The translations under genes and the position numbers were made by a program. Below, piece by piece: positions 1-7,721 of a DNA stretch of 28,268 nt (positions within the stretch are counted from its first letter, which is position 1; every line of letters begins with the position of its first letter). Location of the stretch: NCBI GenBank assembly GCA_964457665.1, contig CAYWHQ010000001.1, positions 1 to 28,268 of the forward strand, read 5' to 3'. Under the pieces are notes generated by a model. That model ran no database searches. It saw nothing but the letters and a program-made list of their open reading frames with translations, and had not been told where the DNA came from. The stretch is from an uncultured Prolixibacteraceae bacterium. Lineage in GTDB: Bacteria; Bacteroidota; Bacteroidia; Bacteroidales; FEN-979.

Positions 1-2
1 GG

Positions 3-386
3 ATGTCAAATCTCGGAGGTGTATTGTTTTTTACCCCGTTAAAGGGAGTCATCACCAATGAGTATGATCCTCCATCGGGGCATTTTGGGATTGATGTAGT
101 GGCTAAGCAAAACGAAGCAATCAAATCGGTGCTGGACGGAACGGTTTTATTCAGCAACTGGACGGTTGAAACCGGATACGTCATCGGAATCCAGCACATC
201 CAGAATATTGTGTCCATTTATAAGCACAATGCTGTATTACTGAAGAAAATCGGCGATGTTGTAAGAGCAGGAGAACCCATTGCGATTATTGGAGAGTCAG
301 GGGAGACAGCTACCGGACCACACCTGCATCTCGAACTTTGGAGCAACGGATTACCAGTTAACCCCAGGGAGTATATAGTTTTTTGA
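3..386 (+). CDS. M23 family metallopeptidase, C-terminal part (5' end lies outside the window)
   Basis: HxxxD (HFGID) and HxH (GPHLHLEL) zinc motifs, plus YKHN and a C-terminal VNP typical of M23. The frame is open to the window edge, so the ATG at 3 is probably internal. M23-dxr-rseP is a familiar Bacteroidota arrangement. Confidence 0.88.
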   Translation: MSNLGGVLFFTPLKGVITNEYDPPSGHFGIDVVAKQNEAIKSVLDGTVLFSNWTVETGYVIGIQHIQNIVSIYKHNAVLLKKIGDVVRAGEPIAIIGESGETATGPHLHLELWSNGLPVNPREYIVF

Positions 387-1564
387 ATTCATCCGCTTTG
401 AGAAAACGACTGGCAATACTAGGCTCCACAGGTTCCATTGGCACTCAGGCACTTGAAGTGGTCAGGCAGCATTCGGATCTTTTTGTGCCGGAGGTGCTGA
501 CTGCGGGTAACAACAGCGATCTTCTCATCCGTCAGGCCAGAGAATTTTCACCCAATGCTGTAGTCATAGGAAATACCGGGATGTATCAGGAGGTCAGGGA
601 AGCACTGAAGGATTTTGGGGTCAAAGTCTTTGCGGGGGAGGATGCAATTGAGCAAGTGGTGGAAATGGATTCGGTGGATATGGTGCTCAGCGCTTTGGTG
701 GGATATGCAGGATTAAAACCCACCCTGCGTGCCATTCAGGCAAGAAAAGATATTGCACTGGCCAATAAGGAGGTATTGGTTGTGGCTGGCAGCATCATCA
801 CACGAGAGGCTCTCCGGAACCACGTTTTGCTGCTTCCGGTTGATTCTGAGCACTCTGCTGTTTTTCAGTGCCTTGCCGGAGAGCCTGAGCGATCTGCAGA
901 AAAGCTGATACTGACTGCTTCCGGTGGTCCCTTCAGGGGGATGAGCAGGGATTCTCTTTTGAATGCCAGCAGGAATGAAGCATTGAATCATCCCAACTGG
1001 AGGATGGGAAACAAAATCACTATTGATTCAGCAACATTGATGAACAAAGGGCTTGAGGTGATAGAAGCTTACTGGCTTTTCGGACTTCCACCTGAATCGA
1101 TAGATGTTTTGATTCATCCACAGTCGGTTATCCATTCCATGGTTCAGTTCAGGGATGGATCCGTAAAGGCTCAGCTTGGTGTACCCGATATGAGGATACC
1201 TATTTTATATGCATTGGGATTTCCCGGCAGAATATCTTCTGATTTTCCCCGTTTGGTATTTTCAGATTATCCTGCGCTGACCTTCGAAATGCCTGACCGT
1301 AATCTTTTCAGAGCCCTTGATCTATCCTATTTTGCCCTTGGTAAGGGCGGAAATATGCCCTGTGTCTTGAATGCAGCCAATGAGGTGGCAGTAGATGCCT
1401 TTCTCAGGGAACGGATTAGCTTCCTGGATATTCCGGATATCATTGAAAACGCCTTGCAGCATGCTGCCTTTATTCAAAATCCTTCGATTGAGGAGCTCTT
1501 AGCAACACATGAAGAGACCATGGGAAAAGCAGGAGAGTTGTTGAAAATGTTTGTTATTTCATGA
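383..1564 (+). CDS. dxr: 1-deoxy-D-xylulose-5-phosphate reductoisomerase
   Basis: Motifs ILGSTGSIG, LANKE, LLPVDSEH, LTASGGPF, HPNWRMGNKITIDSATLMNKGLEVIEA and NAANE. The TTG start overlaps the M23 stop (TTGA). Confidence 0.98.
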   Translation: MNSSALRKRLAILGSTGSIGTQALEVVRQHSDLFVPEVLTAGNNSDLLIRQAREFSPNAVVIGNTGMYQEVREALKDFGVKVFAGEDAIEQVVEMDSVDMVLSALVGYAGLKPTLRAIQARKDIALANKEVLVVAGSIITREALRNHVLLLPVDSEHSAVFQCLAGEPERSAEKLILTASGGPFRGMSRDSLLNASRNEALNHPNWRMGNKITIDSATLMNKGLEVIEAYWLFGLPPESIDVLIHPQSVIHSMVQFRDGSVKAQLGVPDMRIPILYALGFPGRISSDFPRLVFSDYPALTFEMPDRNLFRALDLSYFALGKGGNMPCVLNAANEVAVDAFLRERISFLDIPDIIENALQHAAFIQNPSIEELLATHEETMGKAGELLKMFVIS

Positions 1565-1580
1565 TTTAAAACAAGATATA

Positions 1581-2900
1581 ATGGAAATATTGATTAAAAT
1601 TCTTCAATTGTTGTTAAGCCTTTCTATCCTGGTGATTTTTCACGAATTGGGTCACTATTTTGCTGCCCGTGTTTTCCGGACCAGGGTAGAGAAGTTCTAT
1701 CTTTTTTTTAATCCCTGGTTTTCCCTTTTGAAATTCCGGAAAGGTGAAACTGAATACGGGTTGGGCTGGCTGCCCCTGGGCGGATATGTCAAGATCTCGG
1801 GTATGATAGATGAATCAATGGATATGGATCAGATGAAACAACCACCCCAGCCCTGGGAGTTCCGTTCAAAACCTGCCTGGCAGCGTCTGATCATTATGCT
1901 GGGAGGGGTTACGGTCAATGTTATTCTGGCCATTGTCATATATATCTGCATGCTGCTTTTCTGGGGGGAACAATATCTGCCTGCCGGAGCCGTGAAATAT
2001 GGCATCACGGTGGATTCAACCGGATACAGGATGGGATTGAGAAACGGCGATATCATCACCGGGGTGGACGGAAAGCATGTTCCCGATTTCATGGATATTC
2101 CCAAAACCATCATTCTGGAGGAGGCAAGAAGCATCCAGGTAACCCGGAACGGGAGGGATACATCGATCATCATTCCTGACGGAATGATCAGCGTTCTGAT
2201 TCAACAGAAGACGCCGGATTTTATATCCGTCAGAATTCCGTTTGAGATCGCCGATTTTATTGCCGGGAGCCCGGCCCGGAAAGCAGGAATGGAAATTAAC
2301 GACAGAATTATTGGCATCAATGACACCCTCCTGCCGTTTTTTGATCAGTTCAAGTCGACCCTGCAGCACTTTAAGAACCAAACGGTCGATGTAAAAGTGG
2401 TAAGGCAGCAGGATACCCTGGGCATCCCTGTCAGGGTGCCCGAAAGCGGTCTTATAGGGGTGTACCCCAGGTCTCCATCTCATTATCTTGAGTTCAGCGA
2501 GAAGAGCTATAATATTATCACTGCCATACCTGCCGGTTTTATGCGTACCTGGGAAGGTGCCGGAAATTATCTGAAATCCATAAAATTACTCTTCTCGCAA
2601 GAGAAAGCTTATGAATCTGTGGGTGGTTTCATCTCGATTGGCAATATTTTTCCCTCTACGTGGGATTGGCAGGCTTTCTGGTCTCTTACTGCCTTCCTGT
2701 CGATCATGCTGGCCATACTGAACGTTTTACCGATCCCAGCCCTGGATGGCGGTCATGTTATGTTTTTGCTTTATGAAATCATTGCCAGAAGAAAGCCGAG
2801 TGATAAGTTTCTCGAGTACGCCCAGTATGTCGGAATGATCCTGCTTATCGGGTTACTGATTTTTGCCAATGCCAATGATATCATAAAATTATTCCGATGA
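1581..2900 (+). CDS. rseP: RIP metalloprotease RseP (site-2 protease with PDZ domains)
   Basis: HELGH zinc motif, LPLGGYVKI, GGVTVN, two PDZ-like segments and NVLPIPALDGG. The start was moved from 1551 to the ATG at 1581 (MEILIK), just after the dxr stop. Confidence 0.96.
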   Translation: MEILIKILQLLLSLSILVIFHELGHYFAARVFRTRVEKFYLFFNPWFSLLKFRKGETEYGLGWLPLGGYVKISGMIDESMDMDQMKQPPQPWEFRSKPAWQRLIIMLGGVTVNVILAIVIYICMLLFWGEQYLPAGAVKYGITVDSTGYRMGLRNGDIITGVDGKHVPDFMDIPKTIILEEARSIQVTRNGRDTSIIIPDGMISVLIQQKTPDFISVRIPFEIADFIAGSPARKAGMEINDRIIGINDTLLPFFDQFKSTLQHFKNQTVDVKVVRQQDTLGIPVRVPESGLIGVYPRSPSHYLEFSEKSYNIITAIPAGFMRTWEGAGNYLKSIKLLFSQEKAYESVGGFISIGNIFPSTWDWQAFWSLTAFLSIMLAILNVLPIPALDGGHVMFLLYEIIARRKPSDKFLEYAQYVGMILLIGLLIFANANDIIKLFR

Positions 2901-2909
2901 CATCTTCTC

Positions 2910-3809
2910 TCAGGGCGCTTCCACTTTATCCCGGAGCGATTTGAATCCTTCTCCCAGAATTTCAGAGGCATCGATGACGGTCATGAATGCCTGGGGGTCG
3001 ATCTGGTGAATATACTCCTGAAGCATAGATAGTTCCCTTCTGCTGACAACGGTGAATATGATTTTCCGTTCCGCCATGTTATACATGCCTTTCCCGTCGA
3101 TATAAGTTCCGCCACGATTAAGATTTGTGATGATCTTTTCACGGATCTCCTCATGCCGGTCGGAGATGATGAACAGGCTTTTATCATAGCTGATGCCTTC
3201 GAGCACGGCATCTATAACCTTGCCGGTAATGAAAATAACTATCCAGCTGTAGAGGGGGATCTTCCAGTCCTGGAAAACGATCAGTCCGAACAGCACGATT
3301 GTTGAATCTACCAGTATCATTAATTGCCCGAGTGGTAACCGGGTATATTTGGCAATAATCGCCGCCACGATATCGCTTCCGCCCGAGGTTGCCCTCGATT
3401 TGAATATCAGTCCCAGGCCCAGTCCGATAATGACTCCGCCAAAAACCGAGGAGAGCAGGGCATCACCTTCTACCAGCGGTTTGAATCCCCAGATCCAGGT
3501 CAGCAGGTCGGTAAAAACTGCGGTCAGAGAGAACCCGACCACTGTTTTGACGCCAAATCTCGGGCCCAGGAACCTGATTCCAAGTAACGTCAGTGGGATA
3601 TCGAACATCAGTGCGACCATACCAACCGGTGTTCCGAAAAGATAATGCAATACGATGGATATTCCATATACGCCACCCGGAACGATTTTGTAAGGTGTAA
3701 TGAAAAAAACGAATCCGGCGGCAAGAATGAAAGCACCGGTAATGATAAGGCTGTAGGATACAAACCATTTCCTTGTGAAGGGTTTCTCTTTTAAAAGCAT
3801 GAAAGCCAT
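2910..3809 (-). CDS. YitT family membrane protein (DUF161/DUF2179)
   Basis: Motifs IVPGGVYG, GATSGGSD-like RATSGGSDIV and a C-terminal IDPQAF...ILGEGF domain. The start was set at 3809 (or 3800) because a promoter -7 element lies at 3840-3847, inside the longer ORF called from 3863. Confidence 0.92.
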   Translation of the reverse strand: MAFMLLKEKPFTRKWFVSYSLIITGAFILAAGFVFFITPYKIVPGGVYGISIVLHYLFGTPVGMVALMFDIPLTLLGIRFLGPRFGVKTVVGFSLTAVFTDLLTWIWGFKPLVEGDALLSSVFGGVIIGLGLGLIFKSRATSGGSDIVAAIIAKYTRLPLGQLMILVDSTIVLFGLIVFQDWKIPLYSWIVIFITGKVIDAVLEGISYDKSLFIISDRHEEIREKIITNLNRGGTYIDGKGMYNMAERKIIFTVVSRRELSMLQEYIHQIDPQAFMTVIDASEILGEGFKSLRDKVEAP

Positions 3810-3839
3810 GGTTTTGGGAGTTTTCAAAGATTTATTATG

Positions 3840-3847
3840 CAAAGATA
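3840..3847 (-). promoter_or_regulatory. Bacteroidota housekeeping promoter -7 element for yitT
   Basis: The minus strand reads TATCTTTG(CA), an exact TAnnTTTG match about 30 nt upstream of the start. Confidence 0.75.
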
Positions 3848-3875
3848 TTTTTTTGTGGTACAATGCCGGTCAGAT

Positions 3876-3895
3876 TGTTTCGTTTTAACGAAACA
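3876..3895. promoter_or_regulatory. Perfect inverted repeat, candidate operator in the yitT/porP divergent region
   Basis: TGTTTCGTT-TT-AACGAAACA, with 9-bp arms and a 2-nt spacer. Confidence 0.45.
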
Positions 3896-3951
3896 TTATC
3901 CGGTTATCAGGGTATAAGGAATAAAATGGATTCTGAAACTGAAAATTGTTG

Positions 3952-3959
3952 TACTTTTA
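3952..3959 (+). promoter_or_regulatory. Candidate -7 element for porP (variant TAnnTTTA)
   Basis: TACTTTTA has one mismatch to TAnnTTTG and lies about 70 nt before the ATG at 4027. Confidence 0.35.
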
Positions 3960-4026
3960 TCCGCTCTTTTAAGGAACACCAACTGACTTGGGTACTCATA
4001 TAAGTAAAACCGGCAATTACCACCTG

Positions 4027-4965
4027 ATGCTTCCGCGGATCTTCTTTTTGCTGGCCGCCACGATACTGATAATCCCTTCAGGGAATACCCAGCAGGCTCC
4101 CCTGCTGACACAGTATATGTTCAACAATATCGTATATAATCCAGCCTTTACCGGACTGGGGGGAGGTATTTGTGCCAATGGTCTCATCCGTGAGCAATAT
4201 TTCGGATACAAGGATGCAGAAGGGAACAAGGTTTCACCTGAAACCATTTTTCTGACGGTTGATTCACCGATCAAGGCTCTCCACGGAGGGGTCGGAGGCG
4301 CAATCTTTCAGGATAAGCTTGGATTTTTCAGGAACATCGGCGTAAAACTCGGCTATGCTTTTCACACCGGTTGGGGGGAAGGTGATTTCTCGGCCGGGAT
4401 CCATGTTGGTTTACAGAGTGCCAGATGGGATTATTCCAAATTTAAACCGGTGAATGAAGATCCCCTGCTTTCGGAAGCAGAGGAGCCGACAGATATGATT
4501 TTTGACATTTCAGCCGGTGTTTTTTACCGGGTTCCTGATAAATTTTATATAGGTTTGTCAGGGGATCAGTTCATTCAGTCGTATGGAAAGAATACTCATT
4601 ACAGACTGAAACGCCAGTTTTTTCTTACGGGAGGCTATAACTGGCTTTTGCCGAATCATCCGGCTTTTGAACTTCAGCCCTCCGTGCTGTTGATGTACGA
4701 TGGGGCTGCCTTTCAGTTCAATGTCTCCGCACTTTTACAGTATAACAGAAAGTTCTACGGTGGGTTGGGTTACAGGATTCAGGATGCTGTTATGATCCTT
4801 GCCGGGATGACCATTAAGAATTTCAGGATCGGCTTGTCTTATGACATAAGCACCTCTAAACTAAGCAGGTATAATAACGGAAGTTTTGAAGTTATGGTAG
4901 GATATTGCTTCAAGATAGAGACGGATAAATTCAGGAAGACTTACAGAAATACAAGATTTTTATAA
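4027..4965 (+). CDS. porP: PorP/SprF family type IX secretion outer-membrane beta-barrel
   Basis: Signal peptide followed by QQAPLLTQYMFNNIVYNPAFTG, R-x-Q and GLSYDIS..L.RYN.GSFEV motifs. The basic C-terminal tail KTYRNTRFL and the position directly before gldK fit PorP. The ATG at 4027 is preferred over the TTG at 3988. Confidence 0.88.
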   Translation: MLPRIFFLLAATILIIPSGNTQQAPLLTQYMFNNIVYNPAFTGLGGGICANGLIREQYFGYKDAEGNKVSPETIFLTVDSPIKALHGGVGGAIFQDKLGFFRNIGVKLGYAFHTGWGEGDFSAGIHVGLQSARWDYSKFKPVNEDPLLSEAEEPTDMIFDISAGVFYRVPDKFYIGLSGDQFIQSYGKNTHYRLKRQFFLTGGYNWLLPNHPAFELQPSVLLMYDGAAFQFNVSALLQYNRKFYGGLGYRIQDAVMILAGMTIKNFRIGLSYDISTSKLSRYNNGSFEVMVGYCFKIETDKFRKTYRNTRFL

Positions 4966-4973
4966 AAAAATAC

Positions 4974-4981
4974 TACTTTTG
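4974..4981 (+). promoter_or_regulatory. -7 promoter element upstream of gldK
   Basis: TACTTTTG(CAC), an exact TAnnTTTG match in the porP-gldK intergenic region. Confidence 0.7.
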
Positions 4982-5068
4982 CACTTTTATACAATACCAA
5001 TAAAGCATAACATTGCAAAATAATCTTTGAGAAGCAGCGTTACATTTCTACATTTAACCGGCCAAACA

Positions 5069-6436
5069 ATGAAAAATCTGCTCATTTATGTCGCCATTGC
5101 TGTTGTTCTGGGTAGTTGCGGAAACTCAGGCAACGGTGAACTTACCGGGGTCAAGGACCGAAAGAGGTTTTATCAGCCGGATCCTTTTGGAATGGTTTAT
5201 ATCCCCATGGGCAGTTATACCATGGGAGTGAGCGATGAGGATTTGCCTTATACCCAGCTGGCCAATCCCAAAACTGTATCAATTGCCGCCTTTTACATGG
5301 ACCAGACGGAGATTACCAATAATAAGTACCGTCAGTTTGTCTATTGGGTGCGGGACTCGATCGCACGTCGCATACTGGGTGAAATCCAGCCGGATATCTA
5401 TTTTATCTCGGAAAACAAGAAAACCGGAGAGACCTTTGATCCGCCCTTCCTGAACTGGGAGGAAAAGATCGAGTGGAACTCGGAACAGCAGGATGTCAGG
5501 GATGCGCTGGCTCAGATGTATTTGCCGGAAAATGAGAGATATTTCAGAAGGAAGGAGATTGATACGCGCAAGCTCTATTTTGAATACTATTTCGTTGATC
5601 TGAAAGCGGCTGCCATAAAAGATTATGATGCACCGGCTGAGCTCAAGGAGGCCGGTCTTACAAACAGGCCACAAGGGTTGAAAGACCGCTCCGTGTACGT
5701 CAGGAAGGAGGTCATCAATGTTTACCCGGATACGCTTTGCTGGATTCACGACTTCACCTATTCTTTTAATGATCCCATCACTGAGAAATATTTCTGGCAC
5801 CCGGCATATGATAACTACCCGGTTGTCGGGGTGAACTGGAAACAGGCCAATGCATTTTGTATCTGGCGTACCCAATTGAAGAACAGCTATCTTTTTGGAA
5901 AGAAAGGAGAATCTTCGATCAGTGATTTCAGACTGCCTACAGAATCTGAATGGGAATGGGCCGCAAGGGGAGGTTACGACGGAAATCCCTATCCATGGGG
6001 CGGGCCCTACACCCGGAACGACAAGGGATGCTTCCTGGCCAATTTCAAGCCCAACCGGGGTAACTATATCGATGACGGCGGTTTACACACCGTCATTTGC
6101 GGCCATTATCCACCCAATGACTATGGTCTGTACGACATGGCCGGAAATGTGGCTGAATGGACAAGCAGTGCATTTCACCCATCCTCCTATAACTTTTCAT
6201 GGGATCTTAATCCTGACTATAAATATAATGCCAAGGATTCTGATCCTCCCGACCTTAAGCGGAAAGTTACCCGGGGAGGTTCGTGGAAAGATGTGGCCTA
6301 TGTGCTGAGAGTATCCACCCGATCACATGAATATCAGGATACCGCCAAATGCTATGTCGGATTCCGTTGCGTGCAGAATTTCCTGGGAAGACAAAAAAAT
6401 GACAATCCTGCAAGAGCATCACACGTCTATAATTAA
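5069..6436 (+). CDS. gldK: T9SS/gliding ring lipoprotein GldK/PorK (FGE-sulfatase fold)
   Basis: Lipoprotein signal MKNLL...VLGSC then GNGELTGV. Motifs FYMDQTEITN, YPDTLCW, YFWHPAYDNYPVVGV, RLPTESEWEWAARGG, YDMAGNVAEW, RGGSWKD and GFRCV. The start is the ATG at 5069. Confidence 0.95.
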   Translation: MKNLLIYVAIAVVLGSCGNSGNGELTGVKDRKRFYQPDPFGMVYIPMGSYTMGVSDEDLPYTQLANPKTVSIAAFYMDQTEITNNKYRQFVYWVRDSIARRILGEIQPDIYFISENKKTGETFDPPFLNWEEKIEWNSEQQDVRDALAQMYLPENERYFRRKEIDTRKLYFEYYFVDLKAAAIKDYDAPAELKEAGLTNRPQGLKDRSVYVRKEVINVYPDTLCWIHDFTYSFNDPITEKYFWHPAYDNYPVVGVNWKQANAFCIWRTQLKNSYLFGKKGESSISDFRLPTESEWEWAARGGYDGNPYPWGGPYTRNDKGCFLANFKPNRGNYIDDGGLHTVICGHYPPNDYGLYDMAGNVAEWTSSAFHPSSYNFSWDLNPDYKYNAKDSDPPDLKRKVTRGGSWKDVAYVLRVSTRSHEYQDTAKCYVGFRCVQNFLGRQKNDNPARASHVYN

Positions 6437-6491
6437 ACCTGTAAATCATATTTCAGTCTAAACACATTCAACTTTTAAATCTTTTATCACT

Positions 6492-7673
6492 ATGGGTTTA
6501 CTTGCGTTAGTCAGAACCAAACAGTACCGCAATTTCATGGCCAAGCTCTATGGATGGGGAGCATCGGTTGTTATCATTGGCGCGTTGTTTAAGATCAACC
6601 ACTATCCCGGAGCAGATATTATGTTGATTGTGGGACTCGGAACAGAATCCATCATCTTTTTCTTCTCCGCTTTTGAACCACCCCACGTGGAACCCGACTG
6701 GAGCCTTGTCTATCCGCAGCTTGCCGGAATGTATCATGAATCGGAACTGGATTCTGCCAAAGCGCTGGCTACCGGTGAAACCGTTACACAGGAGCTGGAT
6801 AAGATGCTCGAACAGGCCAAAATCGGACCGGATTTGATTGAAAGTCTTGGATCCGGTCTGCGGAATCTTTCTGAAACAACCACCCAGCTTTCCAAAGTAT
6901 CAGATGCCAGCCTTGCCAATGAACAGTTTGTGAGCACTGTGAAGTCGGCCACGGAGTCGGCTTCAGACCTGACCAATTCGTATCGCAAGACCAGCATGGC
7001 ACTTGAGCACAGCGCATCGGCATCCGAAGAACAAATCCAACATATTCAGGCAACATCGAAAAATGCTTCTGCCCTCTCCCATACATTCGCAGAAGTTTCC
7101 GAATCCCTGAAAGCCGACCTTGAGGCCAACAAAGCTTTCTCTGCAAGTCTTACGAACGTAACCAAATCGGCCAACACTTTTGTGGAGAAATACAATGAAT
7201 CGGTGGATGTCCTGTCAAAAACAACGGCTACACTCAGCACCTCGGCTACTGAAGGCCAGCAGTTCAATCAGCAGTTGCAGCGGATTTCCAATAATCTTTC
7301 GGCGCTCAATGCACTCTATGAGCTGCATCTTCAGGGTTCAAACGAACAGATGGAAAATACGAACAAATTCAATACGGTGCTTTCCAGATTTGCGGTTGAC
7401 ATGAATGACACTGTTGCTGCTACTAACCGGTATAAGGAGCAGATGGCCCAGCTTAACAATATTGTGGAGAAGCAGTTACAGACTTCAACCGGTCAGGTAG
7501 ATGCTTCTGCCCGGATGCAGCAGACCATGAGCAGCTTTATGGAGGAATTGCATGCATCCGTCCAGCATACGGCAAAATTTAAAGAGGAGGTTGACAATCT
7601 GGCGAAGAACATCTCTGCCCTCAATAAAGTCTATGGCAATATGTTATCAGCAATGAACATCAATCTCAAGTAA
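6492..7673 (+). CDS. gldL: T9SS/gliding motor subunit GldL/PorL with an unusually long cytoplasmic tail
   Basis: YGWGASVVIIGALFKI, TM2 GTESIIFFFSAFEP (with the conserved protonatable Glu, E52), DWSLVYPQL and a C-terminal ISALNKVYGNMLSAM. Confidence 0.95.
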   Translation: MGLLALVRTKQYRNFMAKLYGWGASVVIIGALFKINHYPGADIMLIVGLGTESIIFFFSAFEPPHVEPDWSLVYPQLAGMYHESELDSAKALATGETVTQELDKMLEQAKIGPDLIESLGSGLRNLSETTTQLSKVSDASLANEQFVSTVKSATESASDLTNSYRKTSMALEHSASASEEQIQHIQATSKNASALSHTFAEVSESLKADLEANKAFSASLTNVTKSANTFVEKYNESVDVLSKTTATLSTSATEGQQFNQQLQRISNNLSALNALYELHLQGSNEQMENTNKFNTVLSRFAVDMNDTVAATNRYKEQMAQLNNIVEKQLQTSTGQVDASARMQQTMSSFMEELHASVQHTAKFKEEVDNLAKNISALNKVYGNMLSAMNINLK

Positions 7674-7721
7674 CTTTTCCTTCGCCACACAATATTAAAT
7701 CATACTAAAACAAAAGACTAA

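Noticed and set aside
1702-1709. T8 runs inside rseP, recG (about 10342) and lptE (17843-17850) as phase-variation sites
   Set aside because: They encode Phe/Leu-rich stretches such as the conserved FYLFFNP, the frames are intact, and runs of 8 are expected at this composition.
3810-3863. N-terminal extensions in the ORF track for yitT, and also for rseP, porP and gldK
   Set aside because: The extensions overlap promoter elements or neighbouring genes, and downstream ATGs match the expected N-termini or signal peptides.
5002-5017. AAAGCATAACATTGCA before gldK as a sigma54 promoter
   Set aside because: The -12 TTGCA is present but there is no GG at -24, and an exact housekeeping -7 element lies just upstream.
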